Source: Candidatus Omnitrophota bacterium (GTDB lineage: Bacteria > Omnitrophota > Gorgyraeia > Zapsychrales > Zapsychraceae). Taken from it: DNA of 64,000 bases. Under the pieces are notes generated by a model. It was not told where the DNA came from. It made no database searches and was given only the letters and a program-made list of their open reading frames with translations. The stretch is from NCBI GenBank assembly GCA_029261055.1, contig JAJDCA010000075.1:77573-141572 (forward strand). The letters are read 5' to 3'. Position numbers and translations under genes: made by a program. Below are positions 27,001 to 42,000 of the stretch, piece by piece (the stretch's first letter is position 1; every line of letters begins with the position of its first letter).

Positions 27001-30000
27001 CACAACGTCCGCCTAAAGATAGTCATGGGCAGGTGTATGGGGATAGGGTTATGCTTTCTACGAATTGGCGCTCGCATCCATTTTTGGCCTCATTAATTTC
27101 TGATTGGAGCTACGATGGGGAGCTGATACCTAACGGATATGTAGATTTTGATAGAGATACATTCCGGATTATCAATATTTCTGATAAAGGCGTTGTAGCT
27201 GGAGCTATGCCTGAAGATGGTTATGAAGAAGCGGTGGGAACCTCTTTTAAAAATACTACTTCCGCGAATGAAGTTACGAAGGTTGTAAGACAACTCAAGG
27301 GAAAGGGCGTGAAGGCGCGGGGTATTACCAACATTACAGGTTATGCCGCACAGGTTGCATTGCTTAAAGAAATATTAGAAGGTATTGAGACTTCATCGAT
27401 TGATAATTTTCAGGGTCGGGAAAGTGATGCAACCATCATTGACCCTGTCCGGAGTAACCGTTTTAATGATATAGGGTTTATTAGCGACCTTAAGAGATTG
27501 TTGGTCGCTATGTCACGAGCTAATAATTATTTGGTCTTTGTTGGGGATATGAACACGATGTTAGGTGAACTTGATAAGCAGAAGCGCCCACATGATAAAA
27601 ATCGACTTAAAGAAATTGAAGATGCTAAAAGTCTCATGCAAATCATGTTTAATGATTATCTGGATAAATCCAGTATTTTCTTTGACGGGCCTCCACTTAT
27701 AGTTACTTGGTCTCCCCATGTTCAAAGTCTTTCGATGGATATGCCTTCAGCCAATCTCAAGCTGGCACGGATTGCCGATGGAATGGAAGCTTCTGTAAGA
27801 CCGTGGGTGCGATGGCTGGGTAAAATGCTTAAATTTTTCTTAAAATATATATTGGTTATCTTAACCCATGAGCTTGCACATTATTTGGGGGCGATGTTGT
27901 GGAAGCAGAAACCACGTGCTACTTGGGAGGAATTGAGTACAGTTGGTCGTACGCATGACGTTGACGGTGCCCCGCGTTTATTCGGCGCTATTGCCAATCT
28001 TATCATTGGTTTGAGCCTTGTGAAAATAGCCTTACTTTTTGGTTTTACTTTCCTTCCCTACGCAATTCTTGCGGGACTGGCTGCATTCATTGCCGCTTTT
28101 TATCTTTTCGCTGCGGTGATTGATATCATGCATCCACGCGGAGATTTTGCGCAATATGTGCAAGATCTGAGGGAACCGGTTAAAGATTTTTTTCATAACC
28201 TCAACTCCAGATTTGTTAAAACATTAGCTGTTTTTATTTTTATTATGGGGATTATCCACATTCTGCAGCCATGGGGTCTTGGGGTGCACATTGCTAATAT
28301 TGGTTTTGGGGTGTGGGGGGTTGGAAAATTAAACAATGCTAGTGTGGGTGTGAATATTGACCCAAATGGTCAGCGCATGGGGCGTCAGGCTTTTCCTGGG
28401 TTGATGGTGTCGATATCCGTTATGGACGCCGGGGCTGAGATGCGTGTCGAGGATAATCAGGGGAATGAAGTTGTCAGTTATAGTGGTTCGATTAAGACGA
28501 TCATCGACGTGTTACCGTATTTACAGTCGCGGGGTGTAAGCGCGATATACCTATACGGCGGTATTTATACCCCAAGTGAAATTTCGAAAGTTCTGCATCC
28601 AAAACGACGTTTTGAAGAAGAGCTGGTTAAGACAGAGAGAAAAGGCACCTACGTGGTCACAAACTATCCTGATAACAATACGAAGCAAATAGGGAATAAA
28701 AAATTTGCGGATGTTAATGGAATGCCTTTTTCTATGATGGGTATGACTGAAGATATTGCGGATCCGGAGAGTCTTTTAAAAATTAATCCTCAGCTTTCGG
28801 ATGGCAATGCCAGGGAAGATATTTTTGAATTGATACAAATAGCTAAGAAGTTAGGGTTAGAGGTTTATGCTGATTTAATTCCGTGGCTTGCGCCGGACGC
28901 GATCACGGCAGACAATTATCATTTGTTTTTGCATAAAGAGGTGGGGAATGATGAAGAGGAGACAAGGAGGATTAATGAAGAATTTAGTAATCTTCCTAAT
29001 GAAGAAGCCGAAGATAAATATCTTTTTAAATTTCTTAAATCTAAAAATGAAAGTTACGAATTTTATTTTGCCAAATGGATTCCCGAAAAAAATAATGAAA
29101 GAATTGTTCTTTTCCCTCGAGCAGATATTAATCTTCCTAGTGCCGATCAGGTGATATTAAATATGTGGCTGCCGGAAGTGCAGGCGTATTTAACCAACGC
29201 GGCCGTGCAGTGGTCCAAGGCCGGCGTGACAGGTTTACGGGTTGATCTGGCGGCTAAATTATTAAATAATAAATTAAAACGCCCAGAATATTCGAATCTT
29301 GTTACAGCGGAACAGAAGGAAAAAATTGAGAAATTTTACAAAAAAAGTTGGCAAGAATTTATGGAGTCTGACGATCCTGAAGATGAACCTTTATATCGCG
29401 TTATTCAAGATACGAAAAAAAAGATTGGAAATGAAAAACAAATGGCCTGGCTGATGGAGGCCTATGAACGAGGATATGATAATGCGGATATGTATACACG
29501 GTTATTAGATATGGATCCTTCTGTCAAAATGTATTTCGAATGGGTTAAGTTGGCTTATGAGGATGATGATGCGGGAGAAATGTCCAAGAAAATTTATAAT
29601 ACTATCTTTAAAAAGGAATACCGTGGACGGGTTGTGGTTTATGGGGCAAATTTTGATGAAGAGTCTCTTGTGAATATGATGGGTTCCCGGGAAGGATTAT
29701 TGATGATTTTGATTACTTTGGCTTATTTAGACGTCGGAGTCATGATTGACGTACGTGAGTGGATGGGGCATTCTGGGCAGATGATTAAAATCTCAGGTCC
29801 GAATCATCCATTTTTGAATGCGGAAGAATTGGAAGTTCGTTTAGAACCTAAGGGGTATGAAAAGGCATTAAGGCAAGGCCCGGTTGATCAGCTGATTAGA
29901 GACTTTCTTGAAGCCGTTCCTCAAGGGGATGTATCTGTAATTAGCGTAAAAAGTTCGAATAAGTCAGACAAGGATCACAAAAATAAACTTCTTAAGATTT

Positions 30001-33000
30001 CTTTTAATACGAAGTATGGAGAAACACGTATAAGTGTTATGTTAAATTTTAGTCCTCAAAGGACACCGTTTAATGAACAAAAGTTTATGCGGGGGCTTTA
30101 TCCTGAGGAGGCAAATCAGGATAACAAGAAAAAAGTAAAAATTGAACGGGGAGCATCCGTAACGATGTTTGGAAAACTTTGGAAAAATTGGCGATGGGCT
30201 AAAGAAGATCAATTTTATTTGATTGAAAATGAATGGGGATTTTATTTAGATAAAAACAGGCAGATTGAAGATTCAGAGAAGCTGAGGAAGGTTGGTTTAA
30301 AAATAAAGGTAACCAAGGATTCTTCAAACGAGGAATTATATCCACTGGAACCACGAAATTTGAAAGTCGCGTTAGGGAGGGATGCATCTGGTATTGAACC
30401 GGATAAAGTTGAAATGCTTTTTAAACAAGCACAGGAAGGTGGGGAGGAAGTAGAGCACGGAATAACAGTATCCACCCCATTATATCATTCTAAAAAAGAC
30501 AGCAGCGAGGAATTGATTGTCTATAATGGCATGACTTCCTTTCTAATGCCCGGGTATTATGCCGCTTATATATTGATTACAGTGGGCGGAACAACTTATT
30601 CTGTAAAAGAAACAGTTATATCTGTCAGCGCACCTAAAAAGGATGAACCATGGACGCATGGCCCGGTAATAACAGCCTTAAATGAGTCTGCTCAAAAAGA
30701 GGGTGGGGTGGTGTTTTCCGGTAATGGGAGCTCAGCGGTGGATGTCAAATTTCTTGAGAGTAGAGGCATTGGCGCGGTGTTGAATATTTCTAATGAATTT
30801 GATTATGTTTATTCTGTGGAAAGCGGCATAACGTATGAAAAAATAGTTCTGCCTGAGGAAAATGATAAAGAATTTCCGATGGATAAACTGCAAGAGGCGA
30901 TGGATTGGATTAGTCAGCATATTACAGAAACCAATGTTCTTGTCGTTAACCGTAAGGGCCTAAATTCTGTCGATACCGTAACGTTTGCTTATTTGTATAA
31001 GTTTGATTCCCGAAAAAGAAGTATTTGGGAGGTGGCGGAAGATATTAAACAGAAAAAAGCCGAGGCTTTCCCTCATTTGCAATTAGCGGAAAAGGCAAGT
31101 GAATTGCGGGATGCCCCGGAGATGACACAAAAGATGGTTGTCGATAAAAAAGTTAAGGAAATTGAGATAGTTGGTTTATCTGTGGATGGAACCAATTATT
31201 CTGTTGAGGAATTTCCAAACGAAATTCAAATAGGAAGTAAGATTGAAATTACAGCCGGTATTAAAGCAGAGGAAGGAGTCAAAGATCTTTTTGTTACTGT
31301 ACGGACAAATAGTGAGACAGGGTTTCCTTACAATGATATTAAAATGAAGAGCAGGGGAGTTAATACTACGAAACCAGAGCAAGGAAATATTTTCTATGCT
31401 GATTTTACGGTGAATCATCCGGGAAGCATATGGTTTACACTCTCCGCAGCCCCGTATGGTCCTGGAATTTTGCATGATTTTAAACGTAAGTGGATGGGGA
31501 AGAATATTGAATTTGAGGCGAACAATCAAAATATTTCTTGGGGGATGACGGAGGCGGATGATATGGCTGTGATTGAGGCGGCAATTCTTGATGATAATGA
31601 AGCCATAAAACCAGCTGATGAAAAGGTGACAGAGGCCTTTAATGTGGTGAAGAAGTCTTTACAGGATAATGGTCAGGGCGATTTAATAAAATTTATTGAA
31701 ATTAATAATTTTCGATTTGTTCACGTAAGCCATAAGAATAAGAGCAATCCACGTTCGCCACCGTATTATCTGTGGCATGATTCCCCGCAGAAATTTCTCC
31801 TCGCCCGAGCTATAAAATATCAAGAACAAAAATACTTCTTTGTTTCCTACGACTTCATTCTTCTTCTGATGGAACACAATAAAATTGACCTTCTTACCCA
31901 AATTCTTCTTAATGGGGGGCGCCACATACAAGGCGATCCTTTTTTAAAGAATGAAAATGTTTTAGATGGGCTCATGATTGTCGATCAATGGGCGAGGTTG
32001 GAAGCGATATTAGCTCAACCAGGACAACAACACAGCATTCCCCCCATTCAATCTTGGGACTGGGAAAGAGACGCCTCCAGAGAATTTAAGCTTCTGGAAG
32101 GTCAAGGGATTATTATTCGTAATAAAAAAGAATTTAAAGTGATTCTGTATGAAAAAGCGGCAGATCAAGATCATGATCCTATCTCTTCCATGAAATTTAA
32201 AGGTAAGGGGCATAAGTCAAATATTGTGATTCTGCAAGGGCTTAAACCGGGACAATATGTTTTGAAGTTTCAGTTTGAATCCGGCATGGAAGAACATGTT
32301 TATAATATTAAGGTTTTATCTGAGCAGCTTGGCGAGGCAATGTTAGGGGAACAGTTGGAAATATTCAAAGAAGGCGTGCAAAGAATTTTTGATAATGAGG
32401 GAAAGCCTGTTCTTATTTTAGATCTCGAAGATAATTTAACCGATGGGCGTGATGGCGATATTATTCCGGGGATAATAGAGATTCTTACGAAGATTTCAAA
32501 AATGGGAGGCGTATTATTTGGATTGAATACAGGGGCTGTTTGGGCCAGTGATAAAGATTATAAAGGTGTCGAGGAACGGGTGATACATAAGATACGGGAT
32601 CAATTTCATTTTGAATTTCTGATTTTAGATGAAGGGCAGGAAATTCGTGTTTGGGATGCCGAAGAGAAAGAATATAAAAAAATAGCCCTTCCGAAGAATA
32701 CTAAAGGGAAAGGTGTAGGGATTCAAGAGCTCATTAAATATTCTGAAAACCTACGTATTGAAAATGGTGTCTATATTGCGGATTTTCCGGATAATGAAGA
32801 TCGCAAGCAGCCCGCCATTGATGATTCTACCCTCGTTGAGCGATTAGGTGTTATTGTCTCCTCAGGACGCCTACGCGAAGATCTTAAAGTAAAATATCCA
32901 AACACCACAACCTTCATTCAATCCGCCCTGGGTGGTGTTTATGGCCCGGAAGTGACTCTTAGGTTTTTGCAAAGTTTTCTGGATGTTGTTGAGGCTGCAA

Positions 33001-36000
33001 ATAAGTCTGGAGAAATAGCGAAAAAAGGAAAAGGTAAATTTAATGTAATAATGTTCATGCTTGGAATAGGACTATTTATTGCGAACGCCCTGGTGAATTT
33101 GGTGGGAGATGTGGGTATGCCTACGGTTGAGGCCGCGACCATTGATGTTACTGGTCTGCATAACATTGATACGTTGGTATCGCAGAGTACGTCAGTGATG
33201 GCTACCGGTCTGAGCGCGGCGTTTGGGGTGAAGGAAGTTGGTTATATTCTTGGAGAAAGTTTACTATGGACGATGTATGCTGTAACATTTTTAGGTTTTA
33301 TCCTAAAACCTCTAATATGGTTTTCATATCAGATTTATGCGTCTATAAAAAGAAATTTTGTATCGATTTTTTTGTGGTTTGTGTTGTTCTTTGGGTTGAG
33401 TCAATTTGTGTTTGTTCTTCCAGAGGAAGGTATTGAATTTTGGAGATGGGCCCTTTGGGGCGGTGTGGGTGCTGCGCTGTTGGGATTTTTTTGGAATCAA
33501 GTATCCCCTTCGAATTTGGTTCAAACTATGGATGCCGTTTATAAAAAAAATATTCGTTCGGCGATTCGTCGGGCAAGGAAGCTTGGAAAGGATGTTGGGA
33601 TTGTGGTTACCGGTACGGGGGGGAGTGGCAAAACGAGAGAGAAGGATGTCCTAATGCAGCTTATTGAAAAAGAATCTGGCAATGCCCCGCTGGAAATTTC
33701 TTACGATGGGATTATGCTTGAAGAAGCGCCTGATGAGGACATAAAAAAGGCTGAGGATTTGTGGAAGAGTTTCTGGCAGGCTGTCATAGATAATCCGGAA
33801 GCTCAAAATAATTCGACAATTATTAAGACATTGCGTAAGCTGTTTGATGATTTTAATGCAGACCTTATGCAGCGAGGGTTTCGCTCATTTGATCTTCATT
33901 CGCCCAATTCATTTAATGGTGGCAAGCTTAAAGTACGGCAGGGGATGACTATGAAGTTTCAGGCGGATCGATATTTACGGCTTTGGAAGGCTTTGAGTGC
34001 GGGGGGGGATGTGACACCAGATAATTTTGAGCATTTATTGTATCCGGTATTCGATGACAATTCGCGGGGGCGTCTGCGTATCCGTTGGAAGGTGCGTGAT
34101 GGGAACGGGGCGTTTGAAATCGTTTTTCGTGCGCGGGATAACTTGCACGCGCGTATTGTGAAGGGCACAACCTCGGGCACGCCATCGCAATTGGAATCAG
34201 GGTATCAGTTGAAATTTTATATTGGCGATAAACTCTTGGACAATGAAGATGTTCCCCACGAAACGTCTGTTAAAGCTTTTGGGCTTAAAATTCTTGAGAC
34301 GGCTAATGCGCCTCCAGGGCAGATTGATTTTCAGTTAGCCCATAATATCATCCATCTGCAAGAGCCCACCCATACAAGCCTCCCCCAATATTATTATGAT
34401 GATTTATCTGCCAAAGAATTTCATCTGAGCGTTGAGGAAAATACGTTGCAGGAATTACGTATTTTTTACAATTCGAGTCCTCAAAAAAATAATCAGCCAC
34501 GTGTGTATATAGCTGAAGGTGTTGGCTCACATTTACCGTTTATGGCGACACATATTTTTAAAGAAGTGTTATTACGCGACGGGCATTCTACCGAATTTGT
34601 TAATAATATTTTGTCGGACAACGTTGTTCTTGAAGGGATACTTGTTTTGGTGGATATGGATCAGTATCCACGTTATTACAGATTAGTTCAACGAACGGAA
34701 TATCAGAAAGGGTATACAAAAGGGTCAGATGAATATATTAATGACCGTATTCAAATGGGGATAAGAGAAGATCCTGTGATTAATGCTGTTCGAGAAGCAG
34801 TAGATTTGCTGGTAGTGACAGGTCAGCGTTTGGCAGAGTACCTGTTAGGCCTTTACTATTCCGGCATATTGTCCCGCCCTCGTTTACAAAATAAACATCA
34901 AAAGAAAATACTCAAACAATTAAAACGATTGCCCTTGAGTGATTTGAAGGATATTTTTGCATCTAGTCACGATGCTGGGCATATGCGTTCACCATGGAAT
35001 CCGAACGACCTTCCGCGGAGTATCCGTGACCGTTTGACGACCATCAGTCAGCAAACAATTCTTAAAATTATAAAACAGAATGGGAACAGGTTAAACCATT
35101 TAAAGACGGTGGGGGAAATTACCGCCCTTACGCTTCATGGGTTGGTGATTAAATTTGATAATACATTCTGGAAATTTGATAAGGGCCTTATGGTCCATGC
35201 GTTTAGTCATTCACGAGTCAATTTTTATAATGAAGAGGTTAAAGAACGGCTTGGCGAAAGGATGGTGCCTGGACGAGTAATGGATTTGTCTTCTCTGGGA
35301 CCAATTACATATTTTGATTCCGAAGGATATGAACATCAAATTCATCTGGGGACAGTGCTGGTTCAGCAAATGGAACGGCCTTTGGATGATCGGCTTGCGG
35401 AGCTTATTAAAATGGAAGAACGTGCCCGTCTTTTTGGTCAGAATGCTTTGGCTGATCTTTATCGACGAGATGCTAAGGAAGTAATTATTCGATGGGTGAC
35501 GACATTAGGTGAAATGGCGGCATTGGGTTTCGAAGATAAGTCTCCTAAAACCAGCCGCTATGCGGTTATGTTTGTTCATGATTTGCTGGAAGGGTTGCGT
35601 GAAAATGTGGTGAGTTTGGGAATCAGTAGCCTTGAAAAAGTGACCGATAGACGGGCCGATCCTTTCTGGTTTATGAATGATTTGTCTTCATACAATGAAG
35701 TCCTAAATTCTATCCCTGAGCCGTTACGGAATGATTTTTTACAGGCTGTAGAAGATTATCAGCACAATAAGGCCCTTAAAATTTTTCCTAGGCGTATCCC
35801 GGCTCCATTTAATGGCAAAATTCTTTTAGAGCAGATGGCCTTTTTGAATGGTATTGATTTTCGTTTAAAACTTTATGCTTTGTCTAAAATATTTAAAAAG
35901 GAATACCGTGGTCTGGCGTCGATTCTTGGGGATAAAGTTAAGGTAAAGAAATTTATTGGGAGCATAACGATGCCCAATACTGCCGTTGAAGTCGCCATTG

Positions 36001-39000
36001 AATGGATTCTGACACGGTTATCAACTATGGATGATTCTGATGAGGGTGACATGGCTGCACGTATCGCACGCAATGGAGGTATCAACGGATTAAGAAGCAA
36101 CCTTTTGAGGCAATTAGGAATCCGATATTCTGTTTTAAGAAAAGAAAGCAGCAAAGACCGTCAGGAACTCGAAGCATTCTTTTGGTCGTTAGAGTATCGG
36201 ATTTGGGAAAGGAAAAAAACTTTTTTTGAAGGAAAGAATTCGGGGATGTTATCGAATGAAGTCTTTAAGGCGATCAAAAGAGGCGGAATTGAAGTTGATA
36301 AGAGGTTCGAAGATGACGAGTCGAATTTTCAGGATGCTCCAAAGCCAACTTCTATCCATTTAGGCTCGACCCGGCGTGACGGAAAAACAGATCCGGCAAA
36401 GATTAAAGCGGATGTGGCCGAAGATTCCAGAGAGATACAATTAGAAAAATATAATATTACATTCAAGGTTGATCAGCGGTTAATTAATGAATTGAAAAAG
36501 AAAATGAAGAATGTCAATGAGGATGAAGAAGTTGTTAAAAGGTTACAAGATTGGTTTTCCGAAGGCTTGGATGAGTTGGGGGCACTTAAGGATAACGATA
36601 GAGATGAATTAATAAAGGCTTTGGAGAATAAAGATGTTTTTATTGCACTTTTGGATGCCTCTGTAGCGACATTGGTAAGCATTTCTAATTTGATCGGTAT
36701 TAATTTTGATGTTCTTCAGCTACAAGAGGAGTTTTTAAAGACAAAGCTACAGGTGGGGGTAGTTCATGAGCTTCGACATGTGGCTGGGTTTAAGATGAGG
36801 GAAATAAATCTTGTCACGTGGGATGTTAATTTAACCATGGCATTACGGAAGAATGATGTATCGTCCCTTGTTGCTTTTGCTAAAAATTTACAGCAAATTG
36901 TTTATGCGCGTCAAATAGGATATTTGCATACATTAGCTGTTAAGGTCGATAAATTATATTTTGATTTGGAAATGACGGGCATATTTGAGGATTTTCCGGG
37001 AATATCTAAAACAGAAAAGAATCAAATAAGGTTTGCGTATTATGTTCTTTATGGTTCGAGTAGTCCTCTTTTAGCATTTATCCGTATGCCACACATGGTG
37101 AAGAGGCAGCCGCTAAATGTCATTTTCAAGGTAAAAGAAATTGGGCACATACAGGTGATACCAGGAAAAAATCCAGCATTTCAGGACGTTGAATGGATGG
37201 AACTCCTGGATAATTTAAGTATTGTTTTACGCAATCCATTAAATGGAGAAGAGCTTGTTGTAAAAATACAAGACCAGGTTGAAGATAATGTTTTAGTAGT
37301 CGTCAGAGAACCTCAAGGGCAACTTGATAAAGGACGGGTTTATCGTTTAGAAAAAGTTGGACAAAGTTTTATGTTGTTTGATGATTCAGATAAGAAAGGG
37401 GCTAAAAGTAGGATAAAGTTGCTTTTTGATACAAATAAAATACGTGTTTTAAATTTATCAGAGTTTGCCGAAAAGTTTGCGCAAGAAAATCCTGACATGG
37501 ATCATTTTATTCGTAAATTTAAATCCGTGATGATTATTTTAGGTATTTTAATCAGCCTGGTTGCTCTTTTTGCTGTGGTGGATCCAAGTGCAGGTTGGGC
37601 TTTGGGGGTTGGTGAGGTTGAGGGGGGTAAAGAGTTTGATGTGTTTACTAAAAGGATTCAGGCGTTCAGCCTATGGAGCTGGAGCCCATCGCTTTGGATG
37701 CTGATAAGCGTCGTGGGGCTGGGCAGTATTTGGAATAATTTTAACATTCAAGATCAACAGAATCAAAAGGATAAAACATCAGGGAATCTTCCAGAGGATA
37801 CCCTGCAGGGCATAGAATCTACCGCCGCGGCGATTACTTACACCCAGGATAAGACCAAGGTTTCTAGGGATGTGGATGATTATATGCAAGAGGAAAATAT
37901 AAAAGAGGAAGAGGTTAAAGTTTTTCTAGGTGAAACTTCAGATACAGACGTGACTCAATATAGGAATGCAGGCCAGATGCGCGGGGCCATAACCCAGAGC
38001 AAGGGTATTCAATTTATGGTAATGAATGATATTCCAAAAGACCAGAATATTCCGGAGATTAACGTGTCTCTGCCAATGCAGGAAAGAGTTCATCACAATG
38101 ATAAACCATCCGCGGGGATCTTGGGGGAGAGCCTTAAAAATGTTCTTGCCGTTGAGGCGTTCAAGGGATTGTCTAATGATGACCCCTACTTTATTATGCC
38201 TGCCGCGCATATTGTTTCTAAAGATGTGCAGGGACAAATACAAACGTACCTCTTGGCGGTGTTTCCGCATATGCGCGTCATCTTTCTGCAAAAAGATCTT
38301 TTGGAAGCCGTTAAAAAACTGAATGATAATCCTGAATTCAAGGAGGTTAATTTAGGCAGTGCTTTCCTCGAGATTCTATTAAGGCATGGGTTCCGCCGTA
38401 TCCTGCACCATAACCAAAATAAAGAAGTGAATGAAAAAGAATTTATAGCCTTGGATATGTATCATTTCATTAGCTTTGTTCAGATGCAGGTAAGGCAAGT
38501 TATATCTCAGAACTCCGTTGATGCCCTTCAAATTGTTGCTAAAGCCCTTTTTGATGAGGGAGTTATCAGGGAGGAATTTTATGATCAATTAACCCAAGTT
38601 CAGACATTTATTCTTCAAGATCAAGACGGCCAGTTCAAGGAAGATCATTTGGATGGGCTACCGGATGGCTTTCTTAAATTTAAAGGAGGCACTTTTCATG
38701 GACACTTGCTTGGTGCAGGTCATTTCACCGTTGTCGAAGGATACGAACATCGTTTTAGTAGATATGCTTTTTACCCTTATTCTTTTGATGTAGGCGAGGA
38801 AGAAATAACAGAGGTGCGCATTTATAATGCCTTGGGAAAGGAAGTGCAGAAAATTTCAGAATTCTCTAAGAAAAAATATGAGGCAAATCCTTTAGTTAAA
38901 ATAAATGGAGCTATTTCTAAAAAGAAACTTCTTAAAAAATCTGATTCCGTGATGGTCTTTTTAGATGATGCAGGGGAGAACCCCTTGGATGAGGCAGCAA

Positions 39001-42000
39001 GCAATGAAAATATTACGGGTTTAAGCGGCGGGAAGATAGTGTTTGAGAAAATTTCTATTAAAGAAAAAAGAGGCAATCTCATAGATGTCTTTATTCCTGT
39101 TCAGGTAAGTAATCAGCAGGAAAAGTTGAAAGCGATTGTTCGATTAGCCGTCGCACAGGAATTAGATAATACGGCTCCCTACTATATTGTTCCGGCCACG
39201 CATATTTTTTCTCGAGACTCCAATGGTAGAATTCATAACCATCCTTATGTCGTGCATTCTAAGGGAAAACGTATCTTAATTCACAAAGGATTTTTTGATG
39301 ATAAGGGGCAAAGTATGGCGGCTGAACTTAATCAAATTTTTCGTATTCCCATGGATAAGAATAAAAATAGAGTGGGAGATAATAGATTTAAAGGGCCGAT
39401 TAAGGGATTGGGGGATGCCCTTCTTTATATCACCTTACGCCAAGGATTTAAAGAGGTTCAGCATTTTCCAATTTCGAAAGAACAACGTGAGGCCGAGGTT
39501 GTTTACCAGCTCATAAGTCTTGTAGGGATTTTTCATGATGACACTATTGTCGCAAAGGTGGGCCAGCACCTTCAGGAAAAGAAAATTATTGCGGATAGGT
39601 TTTACAAAAGGCTTCAGACGGTAAAAAAGATCATTCTTTATTTTCTAGAGAGAAAATTTGTACGTCATTACCAAAAAGGAATTTTCAAAGAAATTTTTCA
39701 GAAGTTTGACAAGGCTACCTTCGCGACTCATTTAGCCAAGAATGGGAGCTTTGATGTGGGAGGAGAACATTGGTTGCGAAGAACACAATACGCTTTGTAT
39801 CCCATTGAATTTGACGTAGAAAACGGCAATGTTACCCGGGTACGGATCCTTGATGAACTCGGAGGCGTTATTGAAGAAATTGTATTTTATCGCCAAGAAG
39901 ATGAGCAAGGGACATTGTTAAATACCTATAGTTATGGGAGCCTTGATGAAAATAAAATAAACACCTTTGATAAGGTGTGGATAAAGCATGAGGACTTGAG
40001 ATTGGAAGAAGACAGTGTTTTTAGATTTATCTCTGTAGACCCTTTAGGAAAATTTAAATATTTTGAGCCGGGAAGCCGGGTCGAGCCTTATTTTGAAAAG
40101 GGAAGAATTACCAAGATTAAGATATTTAAAACGGGGAAGGTTGAAGAGAACACAGAGGGGACATTATTTGAACTTTATGACATCTATAACAAGGATGCAG
40201 TCTTCATTCGTTCTGTTTTTGTTGATACTTCTTCTGACCTCCCTCTGCAGGAATTAGCCGGTGAAGATGTGAATGAGGGGAAAGCCATAAGTTATAATTT
40301 TAAACATCAATGGGGTATTGCAAATGATCAACTTCTTACCTTCAGGGGGATAGGAGGCTGTTGTATGACAGATAAACTTCTTTCTCAAGAAGAGATAGCC
40401 CAAAAGAGCGATATGTATGCTCTTCAATCTCCTACGGTGAAAATGAAAGATTTAGAAAGAGATCTTCAGACCAGAAAAACCCTCTTAACCCAACTCAATG
40501 AGGCGTCTGAAAAAATATATTTTTCATTTGAGCAGGTACCTCAAGGCAATACAGGCGTTGTGAAATTAAGATTAAGCACCCTGTTCTCTTTACAAAAGAA
40601 TTTTGATTTTAAACAGATCGGCCAATTTATCTTTATTTTAGATGGTACAAAATATCATTATGAAGTGAGTGATATTTTGGATGAAGCTGAGTGGATAGTG
40701 CAATTGAGAAATCGCAACGGTTCCACGGAAGGCTTGCCTGAACAGGGCGCTTTTACAACAGCAGATATTTCAGGGCATAGGATAAAAGAAGAGTTAGCGC
40801 GCATTGAGCAAATAATAAAAGAGGTAAATATCAAGGAAGGCAGGGATGTAGACGAGGATGCAATACCATCAACACCGTATACGCGTCTTTTAGGATTAAC
40901 CCCGGATACTTCAGCGGAGAATGCCACGGAAATTATTCTTCTGAAGCAGGGGGAGGAACTTCAAAGGAAAATGGTTATAGGGGCTATCATTCAGCAGGCC
41001 GTTGCCGATGAGAAAAATGTTCTTTTGGTATCACGGAAATATCCGGATGTTGATCAGATTCTGGTTGTGATTTTAAATCAAGATCCGCATTTTCCTGTCC
41101 TTCGACTTGGGGCCAAACAATCAGGTTTTGATATGGAATTTCTCAAGAATTATGCTGCTAAGGTCTGGATAGGGGACCATGTGAAGGAAAATCTTGGTGT
41201 AGACGATGTACGCGAGAGTCCTGCGAAGAGTTTATTTCTCAGTAAGATAAAAAAAACCAAAAAAGGTTCTTTAATTGCTGCAAACAATGAGGGGATTGTT
41301 TCGGATACAAAATTCTTGACCCAAGGCACAGGCGAACAGCCCTTTGATATCATTATTATTGATCGGGCAGGCCAGGAGACCGTCACGGAGGCATGGGTGC
41401 CCATACAGTTTTTAAAGAACAACGGCAAAATGATTTTTGTTGATATGCAAAGTGCTTGGGAGCCATTTGGACTGAATAAGGCTCAGAAAAAGTATCTTCT
41501 TTTCCATGGCACGCAACAAAAAGATATCGACATTTTTAATAAAAGTTTTCTTCAGTGGCTGTTGGATTATGGGTATAAGAAACGTGAAAAAAATCTGGCA
41601 GATGATTCCCCTGATGTGTCAAAGGATACCGGTCTTATGCCTGACGGCAGCGGAAAATGGAGTAAAACTCTGCCGAATATATTAGGTATTGTAATCGGGT
41701 TGACCGCATTTTTTTCTGTTATGGATCCAAATGTTGGTTGGACGTTAGGATTGGAGGGCGTTGAGAATCTTAAAGGGTTTGATGTTGTGTCCTGGATTGT
41801 CACTTTGGGTATTGGTCTTGGGGTGTTGGCGGTTGGTATCACGGGCGGCGGGGCATGGTGGAAGAATTTGCCTGCAAGAGTGTTTTTTGTTTTTGCGTTG
41901 CCTCTGAAAGAGATAAGTCGTTTGGTTTTTGCTCTGATTCTGGGAGTTCCTCTGGGTAAGGGGGCGTGGAAACCCTGGCGATTATTGAGCGCGGTTCGGG

